Source: an uncultured Candidatus Saccharibacteria bacterium
GTDB taxonomy: Bacteria; Patescibacteriota; CALEFQ01; G965231055
Reading direction: 5' to 3'
Length of the DNA stretch: 64,000 nt
NCBI GenBank assembly: GCA_965231055.1
Contig: OZ246411.1
Location: forward strand, 665,875-729,874
The first letter of the stretch is position 1; the number at the start of each line of letters is the position of its first letter. Shown one piece after another: positions 1 to 9,744 of this stretch. The position numbers and the translations under genes were made by a program. A model generated the notes under the pieces. The model worked only from the letters and a program-made list of their open reading frames with translations. It was not told the DNA's origin and ran no database searches.

Positions 1-2
1 AA

Positions 3-1433
3 CTAGACGAAGAAGCACTAAAAGTATCAAAGGCGTATGCAAAATCTGAAAAGATTATAAAAAAATCAGAAAACAGGAAGGCCAATATAAACCAAGTTGA
101 GGATGGAAAAGAACAAGTAGCCAAGTATATTTCTGAATTCAAAAAACTTGAAACAGGGCTAGTGGTCCTCACGGGAGTTTTGCCAGAGATCGCAGGATAC
201 CCAGAAAAACAAAGGTTTTTGTTTTTATTTGAAAACAACATGGAGCTAAGAGCGGGCGGAGGGTTTATAGCTGCAATAGGATCCGCTGAAACTTCCAATG
301 GCGCAATCAAAAATTTGAGCGTGGGGGATTCATACAAAATAGAATCAATTCTTGCTAACTATACTGAGGCACCAGATTGGTTCAAGCAATACAATGCAGG
401 AACTAAATGGTATATACGAGATTCGAGCATTGCTTCATCTGATTTTCCCACTGTCGCCAAAAAAACCCTAGATACCTACAAACTCATTAAGGACAAAGAT
501 CCATTTGATGGTGTGGTAGCTATAACACCTACGCTACTTGAAAATCTCATCAGTGTAACTGGTGACATAACACTTGAAGATTATCCGTATCTATTTACAT
601 CAGAAAACACCGCTCAAATAATACAAGAACACACTCAATACAGATACAAGGATCTTGGAATTAGCGAAAATGAACGCAAAGATTTGCTTGCAGATCTCAG
701 CGCGGTGGTTTTGGCCAAGGTTTTTAGTATTAAATCAGATGATCTTGGTAAGCTCCTCTCTCAAATCCAAAAAAGCTTCGCTGAAAAACACATCATGATA
801 TTTCTTAAAAACGGTGAGGCAGAAAGTGTTTTAGAAACACTAGGATGGGCAGGAAAAGTGAACACGGAAAATGATCTAAATTATTTCTCTCAAGTAGATA
901 ATAACGTAGCTGCACTAAAAACAGATGGGGCAGTGGAAAGAAACTCTGATCTAACTATTTCCACAGACAAAGAAACAAAAAGAATAAGAATAAGAGCGGT
1001 TATTACATATAAAAACACCGCTAGATCATTTACGCCACTTTATACTCGTTATAGAACTTATGGATGGTTACTGGTTCCTTTTGGATCTGAAATATTGAGC
1101 TACCAAGATGCGGATAGCGGTGACAAAGACGAAGGAAACAACAACGGCGAAGTAAAAGTATTCAACGAAGACTCAATCAATAAAACTCGGTTTGAATATT
1201 TTAAATCAATTGAACCATCCACTAAAGAGAGTATTGTGATAGAATATTTATTACCCAAAACCATAAAATACGAAAATCTCAGAACACTTATCCAAAAACA
1301 ACCTGGTGTTACAGATGCCACAACCACAGTAAGATTCGAGGAGCTTTCAGATAGCATAACAACGAATTTGGAAAATAATGATGGAACTTTTACTAGCCAA
1401 TTAAACGAGGACAAATATATTTACTTTGATTAA
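3..1433 (+). CDS. DUF4012-domain protein, 5'-partial (frame open to window edge)
   Basis: The motif FLFLFENNMELRAGGGFIAAIG matches the DUF4012 signature NNAELRxxGGFIG. The reading frame upstream of the GTG at 162 stays open back to nt 3, so the true start lies before the window. Confidence 0.6.
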   Translation, partial: LDEEALKVSKAYAKSEKIIKKSENRKANINQVEDGKEQVAKYISEFKKLETGLVVLTGVLPEIAGYPEKQRFLFLFENNMELRAGGGFIAAIGSAETSNGAIKNLSVGDSYKIESILANYTEAPDWFKQYNAGTKWYIRDSSIASSDFPTVAKKTLDTYKLIKDKDPFDGVVAITPTLLENLISVTGDITLEDYPYLFTSENTAQIIQEHTQYRYKDLGISENERKDLLADLSAVVLAKVFSIKSDDLGKLLSQIQKSFAEKHIMIFLKNGEAESVLETLGWAGKVNTENDLNYFSQVDNNVAALKTDGAVERNSDLTISTDKETKRIRIRAVITYKNTARSFTPLYTRYRTYGWLLVPFGSEILSYQDADSGDKDEGNNNGEVKVFNEDSINKTRFEYFKSIEPSTKESIVIEYLLPKTIKYENLRTLIQKQPGVTDATTTVRFEELSDSITTNLENNDGTFTSQLNEDKYIYFD

Positions 1434-1450
1434 TAATAATTTCAATACAA

Positions 1451-2656
1451 ATGAAGAATAGTAAAATCACGATCCCAGTAATTGTTATAATCTGCTTACT
1501 CATTGGTTTTGGGGGAGGTATGTTTTTTCAGAGCCAAAACAGTAACTCAGAAATTAAATACGATATTTTCAACAAAACTACTAGCGAAGTAGATATAGAT
1601 TTCTCTTTGTTTTGGAATACTTGGGAGCTTTTAAATAAAAAATACATAAATCAGCCGATAGATCAGCAAAAGCTTTTTTACGGAGCTATAAAGGGGATGG
1701 TCGAGGCGATTGATGATCCTTATTCTTCTTTTATGGATCCAGAAGAAACCACCGAATTTCAAGACGAACTAAATGGTGAATTTGAGGGAATAGGAGCGGA
1801 GATAGGAATGAAAAATGATAAGATCGTGGTAATTGCACCCATAGAAAATTCTCCGGCAAGTAAGGCAGGGGTGCGCGCGGGGGATTGGATTATTTCAATC
1901 AACGACGAAACTACAACGGATCTTTCGCTATTGGAAGCAGTAAATAAGATAAGAGGTGAATCGGGAACAGAAGTTAAGCTATCTATAATACGAACTGAAA
2001 ATCAAACCGAACCCACAGAAATAACTATTAAAAGAGCGAAGATAGAGGTACCTTCCGTAAAATCAGAAGAACTAGATGGTGGAATAGTAAAAATCAATAT
2101 TAGTTCTTTTGGCACAGATACCGCTACGGAGTTTAGTAAAATAGCGAGATCACTTCAACAAAAAGAAACCAAAGGCATCATAATAGATTTACGCAATAAT
2201 TCAGGAGGTCTTCTGACGGCATCCATAGATATGCTCAGTGAATTCATAGAAACGGGTAAAGTAGTAGTCACAGAGGAATTTGGCGATGGCAAAAAACAAG
2301 AATTTAGAACTTCAGGTGCTGAGACCCTAAAAGACATACCCACGGTGGTCTTGGTCAATGAAGGCAGTGCCTCTGCCTCAGAAATCATGGCTGGTGCATT
2401 AAGCGAATTAAAGAAAATACCTTTAATAGGAAAAAATACCTACGGAAAAGGAACAGTCCAGGATCTCGAAAACTTGGCACAAAAAACTAGCATCAGAATT
2501 ACCGTGGCTAAGTGGCTTTTACCAAGTGGTGAGCAAATACCAGAAGATGGAATCAAGCCAGATCATGAAGTTGAGCTCACACTGGAAGATTACGAAAAAG
2601 ACAAAGATCCACAGCTTGATAAAGCGCTTGATATTCTAAATTCAAAGATCAAATAA
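1451..2656 (+). CDS. ctpA: Carboxyl-terminal processing protease, S41 family with PDZ domain
   Basis: N-terminal TM anchor. GAIKGMVEAIDDPYSSF and a PDZ-like segment SPASKAGVRAGDWIISING match the Ctp/Prc-type tail-specific protease architecture. LRNNSGG is also present. Confidence 0.7.
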   Translation: MKNSKITIPVIVIICLLIGFGGGMFFQSQNSNSEIKYDIFNKTTSEVDIDFSLFWNTWELLNKKYINQPIDQQKLFYGAIKGMVEAIDDPYSSFMDPEETTEFQDELNGEFEGIGAEIGMKNDKIVVIAPIENSPASKAGVRAGDWIISINDETTTDLSLLEAVNKIRGESGTEVKLSIIRTENQTEPTEITIKRAKIEVPSVKSEELDGGIVKINISSFGTDTATEFSKIARSLQQKETKGIIIDLRNNSGGLLTASIDMLSEFIETGKVVVTEEFGDGKKQEFRTSGAETLKDIPTVVLVNEGSASASEIMAGALSELKKIPLIGKNTYGKGTVQDLENLAQKTSIRITVAKWLLPSGEQIPEDGIKPDHEVELTLEDYEKDKDPQLDKALDILNSKIK

Positions 2657-2922
2657 TGACCGTACAGATAAAAATTTACGGCAAAGTTCAGGGAGTTAGC
2701 TTTAGATATTGCGCTAAACAAAATGCAATAAAACATAAAGTAAACGGCTATGCAAAGAATGAAGCTGACGGAAGTGTTCTGATTGAGGCACAGGGCGAAG
2801 AAAATGACTTGAAAAGATTTATTGAGTGGTGTAGAGTTGGTAGTCTAAATGCCACAGTTGATGGCATTGACGTAGTCATATCAGAAAACAAGACAATCTT
2901 TAATTCATTTGAAATAAGATAA
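2656..2922 (+). CDS. acyP: Acylphosphatase
   Basis: An 88-aa protein with VQGVSFRYCAK ... VNGYAKNEADGSVLIEAQG, matching the acylphosphatase signatures V.GVFFR and GWV.N..DGSVE. It overlaps the ctpA stop (ATGA). Confidence 0.7.
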   Translation: MTVQIKIYGKVQGVSFRYCAKQNAIKHKVNGYAKNEADGSVLIEAQGEENDLKRFIEWCRVGSLNATVDGIDVVISENKTIFNSFEIR

Positions 2923-2926
2923 TATT

Positions 2927-3376
2927 ATGAAAGTAATTTTGATCAAAAACGTAGACAAGCTGGGAAAAGTTGATGACATTGTGGATGTAGCAGATGGTTA
3001 TGCACGCAATTTTCTTTTCACCCAAAATCTTGCCATAGTAGCAAGCGAGGGATCACTACGAGTTCTAGATGAAAAGCGAAAGCAAAATGAAAAGAAAAAT
3101 ACTGAACTAGCTAAAAACGCAAAAGAAGTTTCAAAGAAACTAGGAACCGCAATAATAAAGCTAAATGCCAAATCTGGTGATGATGGAAAGCTTTTTGGTT
3201 CGATAACCGAAACCCAAATCAGCGAAGAGGTGGAAAGACTCTATGAATACAAAATAGATCCAAAAGATATAGAATTCAACGAGTCAATTAAAAAAATAGG
3301 CAACTATAGTGCCGTACTAAGACTAGCAAAAGGTGTAACCGCAACAGTTAAAATAATAGTATCAAAAGCTTCCTAA
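2927..3376 (+). CDS. rplI: Ribosomal protein L9
   Basis: MKVILIKNVDKLGKVDDIVDVADGYARNFL matches the L9 N-terminal domain consensus. Length is 149 aa. Confidence 0.85.
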   Translation: MKVILIKNVDKLGKVDDIVDVADGYARNFLFTQNLAIVASEGSLRVLDEKRKQNEKKNTELAKNAKEVSKKLGTAIIKLNAKSGDDGKLFGSITETQISEEVERLYEYKIDPKDIEFNESIKKIGNYSAVLRLAKGVTATVKIIVSKAS

Positions 3377-3393
3377 TATAATAGTAAAAAAAT

Positions 3394-3419
3394 AAATCCC
3401 CTCCAGAAAGAGGGGATTT
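3394..3419. terminator. Bidirectional rho-independent terminator between rplI (+) and rpmA (-)
   Basis: Perfect 10-bp stem AAATCCCCTC/GAGGGGATTT with a 6-nt loop, A/T runs on both sides. Confidence 0.7.
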
Positions 3420-3433
3420 ATAGTATAATTTTT

Positions 3434-3712
3434 TTACTTAGTCACTACCATTACAGTTGTTACAATGCTCTTGTTACCAGAAAACTTTGTGACTCTTTTC
3501 TTTTTAAACTTCACTACGCCTTCGGCTGTAGCAAATATACTAAAATCTTTAGCATATTTAGTGTTCACACCAGCTCGGTATTTCTTGCCTCGTTGTCGCA
3601 ATATAATAACTCCCGGAGTTATCTTTGCTCCACTGTTGCGTTTGATACCCAGTCTTTGTCCTGGTGAATCTTTTAAGTTTGATGCTGTACCGCCAGATTT
3701 TCTATGTGCCAT
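3434..3712 (-). CDS. rpmA: Ribosomal protein L27
   Basis: MAHRKSGG..SNLKDSPGQRLGIKR..G..ITPGVIILRQRG matches the L27 consensus (MAHKKGGGS.RNGRDS..KRLGVK). It has a C-terminal extension. Confidence 0.85.
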   Translation of the reverse strand: MAHRKSGGTASNLKDSPGQRLGIKRNSGAKITPGVIILRQRGKKYRAGVNTKYAKDFSIFATAEGVVKFKKKRVTKFSGNKSIVTTVMVVTK

Positions 3713-3811
3713 AATTTTATAATAAATACCTGCTGATTATATCAGATTTTCCATAAGTGTCAACACTAAATTAATATACGTATCATGAATTTATTAGTCT
3801 AATAACAACAA

Positions 3812-4177
3812 ATGTATCCCAAAAAATCACTTATTATAAGCATGGCTCTGGCTACTATTGCATTTATTGCGGGGCTCTCTATTGGATTGGTGTATAAAAC
3901 CAAGCCACAACAAGTAAGCAAATGCGAGCAAATCAGGGCTGATTTATCCAAAATACCACTTTTAGACGAGAAAAAACAGGAAAATCAAGGGAATTCAGAC
4001 GAAAAAGCCACTACACAGAAGGAAGGTGTGATGTTTGTAGCCTCCAAAAATGGAACCAAATATTACATAGATGGCAAGGGATACTCAAGCCGAATAAAAG
4101 AAGAAAATAAGGTTTTTTTTAAGACAAAAGAGGAGGCAGAAAAAGCAGGATATGAACCGGGAAGTGGGGTAGAGTAA
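3812..4177 (+). CDS. Hypothetical membrane-anchored protein; C-terminal ~45 aa resemble the Ada-type/competence-nuclease metal-binding motif but lack the Cys residues
   Basis: N-terminal TM helix. The C-terminal ASKNGTKYYIDGKGYSSRIKEENKVFFKTKEEAEKAGYEP parallels the K(Y/H)H..C....IK..N...F.S.EEA..AGY.PC motif with Cys replaced. Confidence 0.4.
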   Translation: MYPKKSLIISMALATIAFIAGLSIGLVYKTKPQQVSKCEQIRADLSKIPLLDEKKQENQGNSDEKATTQKEGVMFVASKNGTKYYIDGKGYSSRIKEENKVFFKTKEEAEKAGYEPGSGVE

Positions 4178-4241
4178 TTACGTTGAATTTTTCTGCGTTT
4201 TACGATATCATAACAGCGTAAACCAATTTAATTTTCAACAT

Positions 4242-5402
4242 ATGAATATATATTTTGATAACGCAGCCACCACACAAACAGACAAAAAAGTAGTGGAAAA
4301 AATGCTTCCCTTTTTTGGAGAAAAATATGGCAACACCTCGTCAATTCACGCTTTTGGCTCAGAAGCTCTTTTTGCAGTAGATAAAGCCCGCAAGCAAGTT
4401 GCTGACTTTTTAAACTGCAACCCCGAAGAAATAATCTTTACGAGTAGCGCCACTGAGTCAAACAATACCATCCTAAAAACAATTCCAAATATTATACGAG
4501 GCAAATATCCTAAGAAAAATAAAATAGTGATAAGCTCCGTGGAGCATCATTGCGTCCTTGATTCTGCAAAATCAATGAAAGACAATGGATTTGAAATAGT
4601 CATGCTCCCAATAGACAAAGAGGGGATTGTAGATATAAAAAAAGCTAAATCCTTGATAAATGACGAGGTCGCTCTCGTCTCAGTCATGTATGCAAATAAT
4701 GAAATCGGAACAATTATGCCCATAAGAGAACTAGCTGACTTGGCACATAAAAATGGTGCACTATTTCACACAGACGCAGTTCAGGCTATCAATTATCTTG
4801 ATTGTGATGTGAAAAAACTTGATGTGGATTTTCTTTCTTTGTCTGCACATAAGTTTTACGGACCAAAGGGTACCGGAGCCCTATACCACAGATCTGGTAT
4901 AAAAATCACTCCCTACTTGCATGGAGGAGCCCAAGAATTCAACTATAGGGCGGGTACGCTAAACACTCCTGGAATAGTTGGACTAGGTGAAGCTATAGCT
5001 ATGGCAAAAAAAGAAAGAAACAAAAGATATTCTCACGCGCAAGCGCTCAAAAATAAACTCTTTCAATCTCTAAAAAAGGAACTCGGGGATGACATAAGAT
5101 TAAACGGATCCAATGAAAAACGCCTACCAAACAATCTAAATATTTCATTCAGCAAAGTTGAAGGAGAAGGCATGCTTTTGGGTCTTGACCTAGAGGGTGT
5201 CGCGGCATCTACTGGATCTGCGTGCTCCTCAATGTCACTTGAGCCCTCTCATGTACTCATGGCACTTTACAATGATCCACTCAAAGCACATGGCTCAATA
5301 CGATTTTCATTCGGAAAATACAATACATTGGCGGAGGTAAAAAGAGCTTCAAAAATAATAGCAAAAGTATATAAAAGATTAAGAGCACTTTCACCCTTAT
5401 AA
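4242..5402 (+). CDS. iscS: Cysteine desulfurase (class I NifS/IscS)
   Basis: MNIYFDNAATT, SAHKFYGPKG (PLP-Lys) and GS.CSS active-site Cys region; 386 aa. Confidence 0.8.
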   Translation: MNIYFDNAATTQTDKKVVEKMLPFFGEKYGNTSSIHAFGSEALFAVDKARKQVADFLNCNPEEIIFTSSATESNNTILKTIPNIIRGKYPKKNKIVISSVEHHCVLDSAKSMKDNGFEIVMLPIDKEGIVDIKKAKSLINDEVALVSVMYANNEIGTIMPIRELADLAHKNGALFHTDAVQAINYLDCDVKKLDVDFLSLSAHKFYGPKGTGALYHRSGIKITPYLHGGAQEFNYRAGTLNTPGIVGLGEAIAMAKKERNKRYSHAQALKNKLFQSLKKELGDDIRLNGSNEKRLPNNLNISFSKVEGEGMLLGLDLEGVAASTGSACSSMSLEPSHVLMALYNDPLKAHGSIRFSFGKYNTLAEVKRASKIIAKVYKRLRALSPL

Positions 5403-5416
5403 TTAATCACAAATTT

Positions 5417-5803
5417 ATGTATACAAAGCAAATAATAAACGAGTTCAAAGATCCAAAAAACAGAGGAGTTATAAAAAATCCAGACGGGGTGGGGGAAATA
5501 GGAAATCCTACCTGTGGAGATATGATGACTCTATATATAAAAGTAGACAGTAAAAAGAAGCTTTCCGATGTTAAGTTTCAGACATATGGGTGTGGCGCAG
5601 CCATTGCCACTTCTTCCATGCTCACAAAAATGGCAAAAGGAAAAACAATAAGTACGGCTAGCAAGATTACCAAAGACGATATACTAAAAAAGCTTGGAGG
5701 CAAAGACAAAATACCTCTTCAAAAATTTCATTGTAGTGTACTTGCAGTGGACGCATTAAAAGAGGCCATAAAGGACTACGAGAAAAAAACAAAGACTAAA
5801 TGA
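5417..5803 (+). CDS. iscU: Fe-S cluster assembly scaffold IscU/NifU-like
   Basis: NPTCGDMMTLYIKVD, YGCGAAIATSS, FHCSVLAVDALK supply the three conserved Cys of IscU. It lies directly downstream of the cysteine desulfurase. Confidence 0.8.
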   Translation: MYTKQIINEFKDPKNRGVIKNPDGVGEIGNPTCGDMMTLYIKVDSKKKLSDVKFQTYGCGAAIATSSMLTKMAKGKTISTASKITKDDILKKLGGKDKIPLQKFHCSVLAVDALKEAIKDYEKKTKTK

Positions 5804-6705
5804 CAAGCACAACGAGTTCAATAATAATAGCGTTATACCTGGCTGCTATTCCTGTGGCGTTTTGGGTTTGGATGTTTTTCAGAAGCAAAAAAAGTGATTT
5901 TGAATCACCACGACTCTGGATTAAACTATTCTTTGGGGGAATCCTATCTACAATCCCCGCTGCGTTTATTGAGTTCGTTTATTCTGACATAGTGCTTTCT
6001 GATGTGGGGAAGCTATGCTTGCAAGGGGCATGCGACATAACACAGAAAGGCAATTTATCAATATTGCTGTTTTCACTTTTTATAATAGTTGCCCCCGCCG
6101 AAGAATTACTTAAGTATCTTTTTCTCAAACAAACAATATGGGGACACCCAAAATTTACCACAGTAGCTGATGGCATAAAATTTGGAGTTGTAGTGGCACT
6201 CGGATTCGCAGCTTTTGAAAACTTTTTGTATTTTGTAGAAATAATAAGAGAAGGGGAAGTGACAAGACTGGCGTCTACTTTCCTTATACGACTATTCCTA
6301 TCAACCCTTGCACACACCGTTTACACTGGAATCGTAGGATACTACATCGCCAAAGCAAGATTTTATGTTGGCAACACCAAGTTCACTATTTTCAAAGGAC
6401 TGCTTATCGCTATAATTATTCATGGCTTATTTAATTTCTTTCTATTCTCAAATTTAGGAATATATGCACTACTTATAATCGTAGTAACACTAGTATCTCT
6501 TATATTGGCTGCCAACGATATTAAAAACAGATCATCCATAGCACAGAATATAGATACAGTGGGGGACACAAAACAAGCTAAGCTAGTAACTTCAAACCAA
6601 AATATAGAGGAGCTCCTGGAATCACAACGAGCAAAAAGAAATCAAGATGTGATAAAAGAAATCTATCAAGGGGAAAGATTGAAAAAGCTAAAAAACAAAC
6701 AATAG
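5800..6705 (+). CDS. PrsW-like intramembrane metalloprotease (M82 family)
   Basis: Polytopic membrane protein with the EExxK (APAEELLKY), FxxxH (LAHTVYTG) and HxxxN (IIHGLFNF) motifs typical of PrsW. The ATGA overlap with iscU suggests co-transcription. Confidence 0.55.
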   Translation: MTSTTSSIIIALYLAAIPVAFWVWMFFRSKKSDFESPRLWIKLFFGGILSTIPAAFIEFVYSDIVLSDVGKLCLQGACDITQKGNLSILLFSLFIIVAPAEELLKYLFLKQTIWGHPKFTTVADGIKFGVVVALGFAAFENFLYFVEIIREGEVTRLASTFLIRLFLSTLAHTVYTGIVGYYIAKARFYVGNTKFTIFKGLLIAIIIHGLFNFFLFSNLGIYALLIIVVTLVSLILAANDIKNRSSIAQNIDTVGDTKQAKLVTSNQNIEELLESQRAKRNQDVIKEIYQGERLKKLKNKQ

Positions 6706-6711
6706 TCATAG

Positions 6712-6740
6712 AGGGGAGTAACCAGGCTCTCCTTTGTTTT
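6712..6740 (+). terminator. Rho-independent terminator after the prsW-like gene
   Basis: Stem AGGGGAG/CTCTCCT (one G-U pair), 8-nt loop, followed by TTGTTTT. Confidence 0.5.
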
Positions 6741-6953
6741 AGATGATATAGAGTCGCACAATGTACCTTATGCGACATGTATATAGTGATTTCTTGGCTC
6801 TATATAGAGATAAGCTGTTTTTCACAAAATCAAATTGATCACTCACTTCTCCATGTTTGATATAAAAAATATAAATTATTTTAATTCCCTCTCTAACCCT
6901 TTCTACATCGCTGACATAAAACTATTTATTTCCACTTTTATTTTGTATTTAAA

Positions 6954-6976
6954 AACGGCGTTTTAAAAACGCCGTT
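6954..6976 (-). terminator. Rho-independent terminator for the M23 peptidase gene
   Basis: Hairpin ACGGCGTT..AACGCCGT followed on the minus strand by a U-rich tract. Confidence 0.5.
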
Positions 6977-6991
6977 AATAAAAATTGGATT

Positions 6992-8251
6992 CTAGTATGG
7001 CGGATACCCCGTAGTCATATATGAGAAGCTTTTACCTCCGGAAGAGGTTCTTACTATATTTATATTTGTGTAGAATGAATAGTGAAGGTGTGATCCCGTA
7101 CTAAATCCAGTAGAACCAACTCCACCTATCCTCTGCCCCTTAACAACTGATTGACCTTCGCCAACAGCAAAACTAGAAAGGTGAGCATATGCAGTATAAC
7201 CACCAAGTCCATCATGCTGAAGCACTATCCAATTACCCCATCCTGACGAACCGGTTCCAGTTGCCAAAACCTTACCGTTGGCAGTTGCCAAAACTGGAGT
7301 TCCAGTAGGAGCACCGAAATCTATTCCGTTGTGAAAATAGCATCCATTTATAACTGGATACACAGCCCAATCAACGCAACCATATCCTTGAGTCACATAT
7401 CCAGCTCCTCCTAATGGATGAGTAAAATCACCCTTGGACACAGATCCCGAAACAGGACCAGCCTGCAACAATGTTATGGTATTTTGAAGGCTATAAAGCT
7501 CCTGCCATAGTTTTGCCTCTTTTTCCTCAGCGGCGCTCTTGTAGCTCTTGTAGAGCTCTTCTTGTCCTTGCGTAGCATCAAGTAGTTCCTTTTGCTCTTG
7601 TCGTTTGGAATCAATTTCATTTACTTGGTCTTGTTGAGAACTTTTGAGACTAGATAGCTCATCTTTTTTTTGACTCATTTCATCCTTCTTGTTCGTAGCT
7701 TCTTTTCTAAGAGTGCTCAATTCTTTGATTTGAGAGGTTATATCGGATTGAATGCTTTCGTGTGTGGATTTACTTCTAAGGTAATTTGAGAGTGAAGAAT
7801 ATTTTAAAAATATTTCTACAAGAGAAGTCTTGGAGGTGTGATACATGGACCTAATGAGTTCTCGTAAACTCGCCTTGCCCCTCGTAATTTTGGCATTAGC
7901 TTCCTCGATTTCTTTCTCGGCAAGAGAAATCTCTGATTGAACTAATGACATTTCCGAGCCAGTCTGTTCTAGGGCAGATTGTGCAACTGATATTTGAGCA
8001 TTTATAGCATCAATTTCTTGCTGAATTGTATTTGCTTCATTGCGTTTCTCTTGGGCTTGCTCTGAATACTGACTTATTTGTGAATTCAATCTATCTATCT
8101 CTGATTGTTTTTTTGAAATTTGATCCTTTAGCTCGGTCACAGTTACTGCATTTACATCAAAAACAAACACAGAAAAACAAAAACACACCATCAATGATAG
8201 TATAGATGCCTTAAACCAAAATGACTTTTTGTTTTTATTTAATTTCATCAT
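6992..8251 (-). CDS. M23 family metallopeptidase with N-terminal coiled-coil (EnvC-like murein hydrolase activator/endopeptidase)
   Basis: Signal peptide, long Q/E/K-rich coiled-coil region, and a C-terminal M23/LytM domain (HNGIDFGAPTGTPV ... GSTGFSTGSHLHY). Confidence 0.8.
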   Translation of the reverse strand: MMKLNKNKKSFWFKASILSLMVCFCFSVFVFDVNAVTVTELKDQISKKQSEIDRLNSQISQYSEQAQEKRNEANTIQQEIDAINAQISVAQSALEQTGSEMSLVQSEISLAEKEIEEANAKITRGKASLRELIRSMYHTSKTSLVEIFLKYSSLSNYLRSKSTHESIQSDITSQIKELSTLRKEATNKKDEMSQKKDELSSLKSSQQDQVNEIDSKRQEQKELLDATQGQEELYKSYKSAAEEKEAKLWQELYSLQNTITLLQAGPVSGSVSKGDFTHPLGGAGYVTQGYGCVDWAVYPVINGCYFHNGIDFGAPTGTPVLATANGKVLATGTGSSGWGNWIVLQHDGLGGYTAYAHLSSFAVGEGQSVVKGQRIGGVGSTGFSTGSHLHYSFYTNINIVRTSSGGKSFSYMTTGYPPY

Positions 8252-8292
8252 TATATTATTATACCATTTATAATGATTTTTAGCAATATATT

Positions 8293-9744
8293 CTAACTAA
8301 GCTTTTCAATAGCTAGTTTTACCCTAGAAATTGTCTTCTCTTTTCCTAATAATTCCATGATCTCAAAAACTCCTGGACTTTTATCTCTTCCACTTAGCGC
8401 TGCCCGTAGTGGCCAGAACATATTTCCTGGTTTTATATTTTTTGTCTCACATACTTTTCTTAACTTTTCTTCTAGAGAATCTCTTTTGAAATCTACGTCT
8501 TCAAATTTCTGAATATCTTCTAGCGAAGTTTTTAAAATAGAGAGTGTAGTAGACTTATCCATTTTCTTTCCGATCAATAATTCACCTTCGTATTTTGGTT
8601 CAATAAAGAAAAAGGCAATAGACTCCCCTATCTCATTTATTTTTTTAATTCTTTCTTGTTCTAGTAGCACTGCACTTTTTATATAATCATCTTTGAAAGA
8701 CGAAATATCTCCAACCACTTTTTGCAAATATGGTTTTGAGAGCTCAACGAGTTTGTTTATATTCATTTTTCTTATATACAAACCATTTATCCAATCAAGC
8801 TTCTTGATATCAAACACGGAGGGAGCTTTGTTTATATTTTTTGGATCAAATTCTGAAATCAATTCATCTCTGGTGAAAATTTCTTTTTCAGTTTTGGGAT
8901 TCCAACCAAGAAAAACCAAAAAATTCATAAGAGACTCTGCCAAATAACCCTGATCTCTATAATCCAAAAAAGCAGTTGAACCATCTCTTTTGCTAAGTTT
9001 TTTTCTTTGCTCGTTTACTATCATGGGAAGGTGACCTAACTCAGGCATTTGAAAACCAAATGCCTTGTAGAGCAATATGTGCTTGGGAGTTGAGGGGAGC
9101 CACTCCTCTGCCCTAAAAACATGAGTAATATTCATAAGATGATCATCTACCACAACTGCCAAGTGATAAGTGGGAAATCCATCAGACTTGATCAAAACTT
9201 GGTCGTCAATTTCTTTATTGTAAAATCTGACCTTGCCCCTAATCATATCCTTGAATTCAACAAAACCCTCATCAGGAACTTTCAGTCTTATGACAAATGG
9301 AGTTTGCGCGTCTTCCAATTTTTTTATTTCATCTTTGGACAAATTCAGGCAGTGTCTATCATATCTTGGGGGAAGTTTTTTTGATTGCTGAATTTCACGC
9401 ATCTTCGTAAGTCTCTCCGAGGTACAAAAGCATTTATAAGCCAATCCTTTTTTCAATAGCACATCGGCGTGTTCTTTGTAGAGAGACAATCGCTCCGACT
9501 GAATATAGCTTTGTGTCATTCCGGATTTGTTTGGACCTTCGTCAAAATCTATACCAAACCACTTAAATGCTTCCAGAATCTCTTCAAAAGCACCCTCCTG
9601 AAACCTAGTGCGATCAGTATCTTCTATTCTTAATATAAATTTGCCGTTATTGTGTTTAGCAAAAAGCCAATTGAAAAGGGCTGTTCTCATGCCTCCGATA
9701 TGAAGTCTCCCCGTAGGAGATGGTGCAAATCTCACTCTAACCAT
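8293..9744 (-). CDS. gltX: Glutamyl-tRNA synthetase
   Basis: VRVRFAPSPTGRLHIGGMRTALFNWLFA (HIGH motif) and KLSKRDG (KMSKS motif). Start chosen at the internal Met (MVRVRF); the longer ORF begins at 9777. Confidence 0.85.
   Translation of the reverse strand: MVRVRFAPSPTGRLHIGGMRTALFNWLFAKHNNGKFILRIEDTDRTRFQEGAFEEILEAFKWFGIDFDEGPNKSGMTQSYIQSERLSLYKEHADVLLKKGLAYKCFCTSERLTKMREIQQSKKLPPRYDRHCLNLSKDEIKKLEDAQTPFVIRLKVPDEGFVEFKDMIRGKVRFYNKEIDDQVLIKSDGFPTYHLAVVVDDHLMNITHVFRAEEWLPSTPKHILLYKAFGFQMPELGHLPMIVNEQRKKLSKRDGSTAFLDYRDQGYLAESLMNFLVFLGWNPKTEKEIFTRDELISEFDPKNINKAPSVFDIKKLDWINGLYIRKMNINKLVELSKPYLQKVVGDISSFKDDYIKSAVLLEQERIKKINEIGESIAFFFIEPKYEGELLIGKKMDKSTTLSILKTSLEDIQKFEDVDFKRDSLEEKLRKVCETKNIKPGNMFWPLRAALSGRDKSPGVFEIMELLGKEKTISRVKLAIEKLS

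Noticed and set aside
162-1433. GTG at 162 as start of the first DUF4012 gene
   Set aside because: The frame is open all the way to nt 3. DUF4012 proteins have a long N-terminal region before the NNxELR motif, so the gene is 5'-truncated by the window.
3465-3722. 85-aa ORF on + strand
   Set aside because: It is fully antisense to the well-supported rpmA (L27) gene and has no RBS or homology. It is a shadow ORF.
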